The notes under the pieces were generated by a model, which searched no databases, was not told the DNA's origin, and saw only the letters and a list, made by a program, of their open reading frames with translations. From positions 1,178,001-1,242,000 of the forward strand of contig OZ218957.1 in the NCBI GenBank assembly GCA_965112735.1: a DNA stretch of 64,000 bases, given 5' to 3'. This document shows positions 54,559-64,000 of the stretch, in pieces. How positions within the stretch are numbered: the first letter of the stretch is position 1; the number at the start of each line of letters is the position of its first letter. The stretch is from Phaeosaccion multiseriatum (lineage: Eukaryota > Protista > Ochrophyta, other classes). Position numbers and translations under genes: made by a program.

Positions 54559-57500
54559 TTAATTATTCGACCGCCTCTGCATGCAGTCTGCGATGATACT
54601 ATAACTATCAATGCCGATTTCGCACTGCGAGAGTGACAGCGAAGTGAGGCTGTGGTTGCCCCCCCCCCCCATCAGACACGCTTCAAAGGCAACGCCGACC
54701 GTGCTATCGAAGCGGTTGTTGATCAAATCCAAATGCGTTAAGGTGTTATTCACATGCAGGGCGTTGGCCAGGGCCACTCCGGCGGAGGGAGCCAGGCGGT
54801 TCTCCTCCAAATTTAACCTTGTGAGAGACCTGTTCTGCTTGAGAGCATGGGCCATGCGCTCGCCCACTGATGCGAAGGCTCCCCCGTCGCCGAGGGAGTT
54901 GCGGCCCAGGTCGAGATGTACGAGGCGCTTGTTGACGCTCAAGGCCTTGGCCAGGGCCAGCCCTCCCCTCCATCCAATCTTGTTTCCCGACAAGTTGACG
55001 AAGGACAATTGGCGGTCCCACTTGAGCTTGTGGGCAATGGTGCATGCCGCCGTGTCGTCCAGCAGGTTGTTCTCCAGGAAGATGCACGAAAGCGACCTGC
55101 TCTTTTCGATGGCTGTGGTCATGCTGACGCCACACTCTGCACTGATACCATTCGTGCCCAGATCAAGCCACGTAATGGTTTGGTTGAGATTCAGCGCCGA
55201 CACAATGCTCGTTCCATACTCGGCGAGCTCGTCTTGTTCTGTCCCAAACAAGGGCCCCGCGTTGTTGTTGCTCAAGTCCAAACTCGTTATGCTGTGGTTC
55301 CGGCGCAGCGCCCAAAAGACGTCATTGATCCCGTGCCTGCCGAGGTTATTGTTCTCCAGGTTGAGGTGCCGAATCGCAATGGTGTGATTGCGAATCATTC
55401 GCGCCAGCATCTGCCCGATACCACTAACAGCAGTCCTTCCTCCTGCCCCCCCTCCCCCAAGCTTCGTGTCGGCCAGGTCCAGGTGTTCCGTCACGTCGTT
55501 GATGAGCGACTTCACAAGGGCTGTTCCCGCTTTGGCGCCGAATGGATTTCCACTCACGTTTAGCCATTTCACCGTGCAGGGGCGAGAAATGCGAGAGTTA
55601 ATGTAGTCCACTCGGAGGCTCCGCGCCAGTGCGAACCCCGCAGTCTTTCCTAAATCATTGTCGCTCAAATCCAAGTGCACAATTTTGGATTCCGCCATTC
55701 GAAGGGCGACTGCTATCGCCGTCCCTTCCTCCTCCCCTAGCCCGCAATCGTTGAGGTCCAGGCGCCCGAGGTGCGGGACTTTGCCCCCCCCCAAAGCCTT
55801 GGCGAGTTCCATTGCAGCAGGCCTACCCAGGGGGTTGGAGCTCAGCAAGAGCGTCGTTAAATGCGAAGCATTGCTCAGGGCGCGACAGATAGACGTTGCC
55901 CCCGCCCCTGAAATGCCGTTGCCACTCAGCCGTGCCTGAGCCATGGCCACATTCTGCTGCAGCATACTTCCCGCATTGAGAGCGTGGCTCAGGTCCATAG
56001 GCTGCCGCTGCACTTCGAAACGCGCAAGCGAGCGGTGGCCGATCAAAGCTGCCAAAAAACTCTGCATTTCGTCGGCACGGAAGCTGTTTCCAGACAAACT
56101 GAGGGCGGTGATTGTCGAGTTTTTGAGTAGACCATAGCTGAACAAGAGCCCACTCCCCTTCGCATCCCCCCCCCCTGCGGAGCTGATACCCAGGAGATTG
56201 TCGTTCATGTCAATTTGAGTCAGCGCGCTGTTGCTAGCCAAGAGCTGGGCGAAGGACCGCAGCGTGTCGGGACCCATCGCATTCCTGGCCAGCTTCAGAC
56301 TCGCAAGACTCTTATTGGAGCGAAGAGCGCTCGCAAGGGCCATCCCCGCCTTGGTCCCAAGGGCGTTGGTGCTCAGATCGATGGAGTGCAAGCCGACACC
56401 TCGCTTCAGTACAGAGGCAAAGAGCTTGCCCGCCTTGGGGCCCATGGCATTGTCTGCCACGTAGAGGTGCAAGAGGTTGGTGCTCTTTCCACACAAGGAT
56501 ATCGCCAGAGCCTTGCCGCCGTCTTCCAAAATCAAATTGTCGCTGAGATCAAGAGCGGTCAGAACCTTGTGGCGCATAATCCCCTGTCCAAAAGCGCTGC
56601 CGGTCCCGTTGCCCATCTTGTTCCCCCTCAAGTTGAGGTAAGTAAGCGCAGCATTGTGCGCCAGTGCCTTTCCGAGCGCTGGGCCGGCGGAGGGGGTGAT
56701 CCGGAAACCTGCAACTGCTGCATCCCAAAACTTGCGCTCGCCCATCATGTTCTGGCTGAGATCCAGGTGCGTGAGCTTCTTGTTATGCTTCAGCATGTGC
56801 GACATTGCCCCGGCCACCTCAGGCCCCAAAAAGTTCCCACTGATGTTGAGAGTGTGTATAAACATGTTGCGCTGGACCGCAGCGGCCAAGTCCACTCCAG
56901 CGTCAGAGTCAAGCCCATTCTTGCTCAAACTCAGCCACCCAATCGTCTTATTGGTTCGTATCATCTGAGCCAGCAGCCTACTGCATCGCCCGTCCAGCCG
57001 ATTGCAAGACAAGTCCATTCTGCTCACTGCAATGGGGAAGCTCATGTTGTGCACGGTCGGGTGCGTAAAGGTGGTCTCGCGCTGCCCCAAGACTCGAAGA
57101 ATGGCAACAAGACTCTTGCGCCCATTGTCTCCAAGACCACAGTTCGTCAAGTCCAGCTCATCTCTGCTGGCCACCCTCGCCTCTGCCAAGAAATGCCGGA
57201 CGATGGGCCCATACTTTCTCCAGCGGTAAATGCTGCAGTACCCCGCCGGGGGGCGGAGATTAAAGTTCTCCGAGAGGTGCTGTGCCAGCTCCGCCAAATC
57301 CGCCTCGCCATGCTCCGTCAACAGATCGTACTGATGCAAATTCCACCTGATGTGAGCTTCCTGCAGCTCTTTGGAGAGGAAAAGCTCCATGAATCGCGAA
57401 GCTTTCCACAACAGCGGGCTGTCGTCTTTTCCCTTCCATTCTGCATCGTCTTGCTGCCAGTCCCCTCCTCCTCCTCCTCCTCCTCCTCCTCCTCCTCCTC

Positions 57501-60500
57501 CTCCACCACCACCACCACCACCACCACCACCACCACCACCACCACCACCACCACCACCACCACGACGCTGACCGCCCAATCGTAGGTCATCCGAGGGAGG
57601 GTCCAGGTCCAATAGAGTCTCTGCACAACGCATGATGCCCAAAAACACTGAAGACTCCTTGTCCGTGGTCTCCGCCGATAGGAGGTCCTCATAATGGTGT
57701 ACCATCCATCGGGCAGGCTCCACTTCAGCCTCCACCATTGCGTCGTGGAGCAAGCTAAGCCTTGTGCTCGTTGTGCGCACACGCCGGATATCAATGCCTC
57801 GAAGAGCAGCCCACCTGACCTCAAACAGCTTCTCGGTAAAGCTCAGCGAGTTGCGTGGAATCGGTGACGGCCACCCCATCAAGCCACACCATCGCAGCTC
57901 CTCGAGAAGGTCGTCCCATTGACTGAGCAGCGACACGCCCACATGGACTACTTCAAGGCCGTAGCTCTTCTCTCCTACCTTGGCAAACAGCAGACGCACA
58001 ACCCTGGCGTCCATGCTTGCCCTCGTTGCGCGCAGGACTTCGTAAAGGAAGTGGATAACGTTGCCGAGGTACACGACGGAGAAGAAGACCGCACAGCTCA
58101 CCGCGACGAGGAGGCCGTCTACTACACCCGCGCCCCCCCCCTGCTGCACTCCCGACGAGTCAACATCCAAACGCGTGTGAATAACAGCAGCGGTTACGCT
58201 AACGATCACCAGAAACCCCCGCAGCGTGTGATCTAGCAACGCTTCCTTCTGATAGAGGAAAGGTTGTCTCTGAATTGATGCCACCCCAAACCCGGTCATG
58301 ATCGCGGCACAGAACAAGAGCTGTGCTGCCACCCCCAAATCGGGGAATGCGCCCTGCAGGCTAAACAAGACTACGCACACAGTGCCTCCTTCGGCAAAGT
58401 GCACAATCTTCCAGAAGCGGTGCTGCCACGAAAAGGGTTCCACCAGGAGCATGAGCCCCGACGTGTCCAACACTGTCTCCCAGTTGGTGATTTCAAGGTC
58501 ATGATCGGTCTCGAAGTTGTTGAGCGCCATGATAAATTCGCCCCTTGCCGCCTTGAAGGAAGTTCGCTCCTCTTCCAGTGCCTCGGGCAGGCCGCGGAGG
58601 CGGGCTTTGAGTCGTCGCCGCCACCGGCGATACCTCAACTTTAAGACTCTGGAGAAGCTCAAGCCCTGCTGCTGTCTTCGTTCGAGCTTGGAGAAAATGT
58701 CCACAGGTGCATCAGGGCTACCAAACAAATCGTCGTCGTCGTTGCCAGTCCCTATGCCCTCTTCTTTCGCTTGTTCCTTCTCCCCATCGTCGGCCAGCAC
58801 TTCATACGGTACGCCTCCTCCCGTTGCCGCCACAGCATACGTGGGAACCCGGCGCTTGACTTTTGCCACCAGCCCCCCCCAGAAAACACGCACGGCATTG
58901 GCCCCATGATCCAAGCTGCGTTTTCGCCTCTGAAGCCACACGAAGTGGGACGGATACACCACGAGCTTATCCTGATCTGCGTGGTGCACCTCAGCGGCCT
59001 GCAAGAAGGACTTGATGACATCCTCATTCGCTTGGAAAGAGTCCAAAAAGAAGCCGATCAAGTAAGAGAGGAACTTTGGCAAGGCCCAGATATACATGAC
59101 CACGAGAATACAGGAGAGAGTGAGCGTGCTGATCCCGCTTAGGCTCGTACACTCCATGAGCATAGTCAAAGAGCCGTCGCTGGCTTGGCGTGGCGGGAAG
59201 GCCATGTAATAGCAGGGCACGTGGAAGTTGTACAGCCTGCGGTCCTTCGTGGCGTGCGTGTCATTCCAATCCACGAGAGGAATCACAGCCTTCACGATGG
59301 ACGCCGTCACGGGGATGTAAGTCACGCCCATGAGCCAGAGGGACACGCGTATCTTCAGCTTCACCACGTTTTTCTGGACAGAGTGAGAGAGCAACAACAA
59401 GAGGCATTTGGTTGGTTCTGAGCATAAGCAAGAAGCAAGAAGCAAAGACCGCGTGCTGAGCGAGACGCACCATGACAATCGTGAAGGAGACCTGCCCTCC
59501 GATCTTCGTTGCCTCCTGGATTTTGGAGCGTATCCCGAAACTAAGCACCACCAAAAGTAGCCACGTTACGCACGAAAACGTGACTACGGCGAGCGTGAGC
59601 GCGTGTATAACATCTTCTGGCAGTCCGGTCTTGCCTCCATGCTTCCGCCCGAGGAGGGCCAGCACCCACAATAGGCACAACACGATGGTGTACTTCAAAA
59701 ATGTTAGGCGAAACCAGTGAGTCACGTACTGGCGCTCCCATCGCTGCCGCACGCTTCGACTAGTGTAATCCTTGACCACCAAGACCCACAGGAGCACAAT
59801 GAAGAGCAGCAGGGCCACAAAAAGCTCCATACCGTACCCAACAATGTCACGGTAATACCAAATGTCTCGATCTTCAACGCCAAATCTGTACCCCATTTTG
59901 TCACCCACAAAGCTGAGCAGCTTCATGAGAGGCAGGCGCACAAAGGTCAAAGTCGCGTCCGCCCAGCTCCACATGGAGGTGAATGTGGGTACGACGTCCC
60001 ACTCTTCCATCGGTACCGCCAAAAGCAGAGCAAGGATTTGCAAGAAGCACACGATACGCTCCGTTTTGAACCAAAGCGTGCCATCCCCAAACTCGTCGCC
60101 GCTCCTCTCGTCCTCCACCTCAGCCCCACCAGTAACGCTTGCTGGCTGCGCCTCACCCGTTCCCTCCTGCTGACCCGCCTCGCCGAGGAAACCTGGCCTC
60201 GCATCCTCCTCCACCACCCCCCCCTCGACACCGCCCTCGGCCGCCTCTGCCACTTCAGGCCCTTTGCTGCTCTCCTTGGGCGCGGCGAGGGACGCAGTCG
60301 ACTCTCCGACAATGTGATTCGTCACGTACACAGCATGTTGGTCGTCGGTAACAGCAACAGGCGCGGCATTCTCCGCAAGTCTCCTGCCTTTAGCCGCCCG
60401 CAGCGTAGGCTGTCGGGCAGTCGTATTGAGAGTGAAGCCCGCATTTCTGCTGCCCGCCTCCGCCGCCGCTTCCGCGACGTGCACCCGCTTAACCTGTTTG

Positions 60501-60517
60501 TATTTCTTTACTCTCAT
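54559..60517 (-). CDS. Large multi-pass membrane protein with C-terminal RI-like leucine-rich repeats (intron 59470-59374; ~2000 aa)
   Basis: Many hydrophobic helices in the N-terminal half; poly-Gly tract; more than 20 28-aa LxxLxLxxNxLG repeats. Confidence 0.82.
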
Positions 60518-60647
60518 TTACCCACATATGGCCAAGCCCCTCGCCTCAGAGGGGGAGTGAGCAACGAAGCAAAATGAGGGTTCGGTTTCAAAAATACCTC
60601 GAAACGTAAACCTTCTTCCCAATTCCCCCCAATAGTAATACTTCGCC

Positions 60648-61771
60648 ATGCGATGCATCTACATGAGAGCGCTGTCCGCTCTCGTTGCCGCTCTTTGCAC
60701 GCTGGCGCCTTGTCGAGGGTTCTCCGCAGTCCTGCCGAAGACGGTGGATTATGCCAGGTTTTATGATGCAGCCATGGCGCGAATAGAGGGAGCAATGGGC
60801 GACGATTTGTCCCCGTATTCGTTTGCCGACTCGCTGCGAAGCAACGTGGCGGACGTAGGGTCCGGCAAGAACAAAATGAAGGTGGAGACGACGATTACGG
60901 CTTTCGAGGCGCCCAAGCTGAGACAGATTAGGTCGGTGCGAGATGTGGTGTGAGGAGGTGGGGGGGGGGCACGATTTTCCTGACTCACTCAGTATCTATC
61001 TCTTTGTCGTTGTTCAGGGCTGCTGTGGTGAAGTCTTCTGGCCCAGTGCAAGTGATGAACTTTGTCATCTTTCCATCTGCGGCCTACGACATTCCAATTT
61101 TTGGGGCGGACATTGTCTCTCTTCCGGGGCGCCCAGGAAATCACTTGGTGTGCATCGACCTGCAGCCTCCACGCCTTACGGAGCCTGGGGAGACGTGCCT
61201 TGGTACGCTCCCCTCATCATCGCTGAAGCGGCTGGCGGAACTAAAGGATCAATATGGGGCTCTTCTGCCGTGGGGAGGGGACCTTCCGGAGGCCGCCGCA
61301 CCCTTTTTCAGCCCATTCTGTCTGTGGTCCAAGACCCAGTCAGCAGAGGTACACGACATAAGGGTGGTAGTGACAAAGGAGTAGACTGGTCGTGTTTTTT
61401 CTTTGGCTCATTCGCCCATGCATGGGAACAGGTTGTGGAGGAGGCTGCGTTCGAGGCCTTCATGTGCTATCTGGATGTCTACTTGGACGTCGTGAGGTCC
61501 GCTGCAGAGGTGCAAGAACCAGCCACGCGCACCGCCTTGCAAGAGGGCCACTTGGCCTACTCCAAGTACCGCAGCATAAATGACCCCGCAAGAGGAATGC
61601 TGACTCGCTTTTACGGGGAAGACTGGACGGAGGAAGCCATCACGGGGTGAGTGGGTTCTTTCCACCTGCGCTGCTCATCTGCGTTTTTCTCACACCACCC
61701 AACCCCCACTTGAACCCATCCCCAGTATCCTCTTCGACCTGGAAGGGAAGGTGGCCGATGGGAGGGTATGA
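60648..61771 (+). CDS. pebB: Ferredoxin-dependent bilin reductase, PebB-like, plastid-targeted (4 exons)
   Basis: Signal peptide then F; VMNFVIFP..YDIPIFGADIVSLPG, IDLQP, LPWGGDLPE..FFSP and NDPARGMLTRFYG.DWTE; last exon ILFDLE (61726-61771). Confidence 0.82.
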
Positions 61772-62369
61772 GCAACATGGGGGGATGAGGCTGCATGCCT
61801 ACGGCCTGCTGATGAACTATTATTATTATTTCATAGTGGTTTGCTCTGGAGGAGCCTTCCCAAAAAGCAAGCCAGGGTGGAGCTGCTGCCTCGGGCCCGC
61901 TCTTCCCGCTGCCCTTCCGCTGCTGCGGGCGCTGCTATCCCTTCGTTTTTAAAGAGTCGAAGGAGAGCTGGGCAGACGCCAACCATGGCGCGCGGTCATG
62001 GCGCGCGGTTCGCCGCCCCCACGCGGGCAGGCAGCCAGACAGGCGCGTCTGCCCATTTTCTGGCCTGAACCGTAGCCTACTACTCCACGGCGCTACCGGA
62101 GGCGATGGATGAGCCACGACTTAGCTGCGCAGGGCGGCAGGGTTGTGCCACGGAGGGGTGGTTCCTTTTGCCGGAGTTTCCTCGCGTTGGACCGAGGAGA
62201 AAGCGTAGCCAGTGCTTTTCTCCCTACACCCTCGCACGAACACAGCAAAAACAGAACCGACACAAATGGGGCAGGAGAAAATTCTCTTGCTCTCTCCTTG
62301 CATGCCCCCAAAGGTCCGATTCCTCATTGGTGCGGTTTCTTCTAAAGCTAACGCATTGGGTAGGCCCGT

Positions 62370-62843
62370 CACGACGCTCGAAAACTCCAAGGCTGGAAGA
62401 CCTCGAAACCCTTGGTTTACAAGAGATCCGCCGCCTTCTTTGCACGCATGCCCCTTGTGCAGTGAAAGTAGATCTTCGCGCTTTGAGTCATCGGCACCCC
62501 CGAGAACCGATCAACAGGAAACGTACCGGGCTGGAAGGCCCAAGTCTTTGGGTCCACCCATGCCCCGGCCGACAAAACAGACAGCGGGAAAGAGAGGCAT
62601 CGGCATGATACCCGCTTGTCCACTCATCGACTTCGCGCACGTCTAGCATGAACGCCTTGCCCTCGGCTCCGATCTCTCTACCCTTTCCCGGATGTCGTCT
62701 GGCTGCGCCGCCCCCAGCCGCACGCAAGCGCCCCTACGAATATCCGCGCCCCAGCCCGAGCTGGGGCGGCAACTGGGAGCGAAGACCGTCGTCGATGTAA
62801 CTACGAAGGCCGTTGTTGGTGAGAACAAAAATAGCGCCACCAT
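62370..62843 (-). pseudogene. Rhodanese-domain protein with plastid-type leader, disrupted by two frameshifts and a stop (pseudogene or assembly errors)
   Basis: MLDVREVDEWTSGYHADA and KIYFHCTRGMRAKKAADLL lie in different frames from each other and from the leader; TAA follows ADLL. The 3' end is approximate. Confidence 0.6.
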
Positions 62844-63074
62844 AGTAGCGGAGGCCCCGCTATGCCATGCAAACGCCCTGCGCCGATCGCGTCCTGCATC
62901 TCGATTTTATATCTCTACAGCCGTCCGAACAGTTGCAGCAGCGAATAGCAAAGCAAAGGGGGGAGTGAGACAGAGAGAGGGAGAGAGAGAGGATGAGAGA
63001 GCAGAAAAGATACGTAATACGTGGAAGATACTTTACTTTTAGTTCTTCCCACACACTGTTTGCCTTGTAGTAAG

Positions 63075-64000
63075 ATGGAGGAGCAGATCTCCTTTGAGGC
63101 CGTTCCGGGCTCCAGTCTGTTGGAGACCGAGTTGTTTAACGACGATGCTTTGCTCAGGCTCTTTGCTTTCAGCGGAGGAGGCGCAGACGACTTTGTTGGG
63201 TGGGCACAGAACCTTGGCCAGAAGGTCGAAGTGGAGGTGGTTCGCGTCCGGATACCGGCTCCAGCAGCGGAAGCTGGGCAGGTGCTCGATGGTGTCATCA
63301 AGGACTTGCTCGCGTGCATGAGCAGCTGTCCTTTTTCTTTTTGGGGGCACGGCGAAGAGGGTGCCCACATGGCGCTTGTCGTGGCTGGGGAGCTGCAGGC
63401 TCGGGGGTTGCCGCTCCCTCAGAGACTGATCACGAGCTTTGCAAAGCCCAAGGGGTGTGGCGCTGAACTCGCACCCTTGGCGTGCCCATTGGTTGTCTTT
63501 GGGCTGCAGGAGGATGTCGTGTCAATGCAGGCGTGGGTGGATCAGACTCGCTCTGAGTTTGTGGTGTTGCCCGTCGCTGGTATTACGGAGGACACCATTG
63601 ATGAGGTTCTCAAGATCACGCCCGGTGCCGAGAACCCCTTGCTGGGGCACATGGCGTCTTTGATGGCATCCGACTCGAAAAATAGTCGCGAAGAAAGTGC
63701 CTCTCTCATCGACGCATGGAATTCCTCTAGCATGGCTTATCCGGAGAATGCCTGCCTACAGGATATGTTCCGCGACTCTCTGTCGGGACTGAAGGACCCG
63801 AATGCAACCGCGATATGGGCGGAATCCCGAAAACTGTCGTATGCAGAGGTTGACGCCCTAACAGACCAGTTGGCCAATTGGTTTTATGCTCAAGGTGTCC
63901 GCGTGGGTAGCGTCGTGGGAGTCTTTATGAATCGCAACGCGGAGTACGCACTCTCCGTTTTGGGAGTGTTAAAGGCTGGTGGAGCCTACATGCCTATTGA
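63075..64000 (+). CDS. NRPS-like protein, partial: degenerate thioesterase-like N-terminus plus start of an adenylation domain
   Basis: Open frame from ATG 63075 to the window end (absent from the track); LSYAEVD (A1) and LGVLKAGGAYMPI (A2); RLFAFSGGG...PFSFWGHGEEG upstream. Confidence 0.85.
   Translation, partial: MEEQISFEAVPGSSLLETELFNDDALLRLFAFSGGGADDFVGWAQNLGQKVEVEVVRVRIPAPAAEAGQVLDGVIKDLLACMSSCPFSFWGHGEEGAHMALVVAGELQARGLPLPQRLITSFAKPKGCGAELAPLACPLVVFGLQEDVVSMQAWVDQTRSEFVVLPVAGITEDTIDEVLKITPGAENPLLGHMASLMASDSKNSREESASLIDAWNSSSMAYPENACLQDMFRDSLSGLKDPNATAIWAESRKLSYAEVDALTDQLANWFYAQGVRVGSVVGVFMNRNAEYALSVLGVLKAGGAYMPI

Noticed and set aside
56215-57585. 456-aa plus-strand ORF and similar antisense ORFs over genes
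   Set aside because: These are shadow frames of well-supported opposite-strand genes in GC-rich DNA.
62661-62682. 20-nt GT-AG micro-intron that would repair the first rhodanese frameshift
   Set aside because: The other introns here are about 75-270 nt, and the gene has two further lesions that this would not fix.

Overview
Eukaryotic nuclear DNA, probably from an alga with a red-derived secondary plastid (inferred from GT-AG introns, signal-peptide+Phe plastid leaders and a PebB-like gene). Bases 1-37654 are a head-to-tail satellite array of 187-bp monomers with 164-bp and other length variants: about 24 kb, roughly 130 monomers, with nested higher-order repeats, and plausibly centromeric. 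The array is interrupted only by four members of one tyrosine-recombinase (DIRS-order, Ngaro/PAT-type split-direct-repeat) retrotransposon family sharing the termini AGCCTGTTC...CGCGAA: a near-complete coding copy (14002-20926, minus), a non-autonomous copy (3526-9316), a 311-bp mini copy (31242-31552) and a solo B repeat (35235-35661). Two of these use the same TT dinucleotide of the monomer in opposite orientations. In the coding copy, gag and RT/RNaseH are in frame and separated by one UGA followed by a predicted stem-loop/pseudoknot (candidate readthrough), and the RT has HGDD in place of YxDD. Nested in the first insertion is a gag-only LTR element whose primer-binding site is complementary to its own LTR (candidate Tf1-like self-priming). 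A 4-kb boundary (fold-back, long palindrome, TG-rich minisatellite, MITE) leads straight into dense genes: Bfr1/PPI-like, C2H2 zinc finger, RBM25, ATP synthase OSCP, GT2-TPR, SEC16, TM-LRR, PebB, a disrupted rhodanese and the start of an NRPS-like gene. All calls come from reading the sequence and the ORF track by eye; no searches were run.
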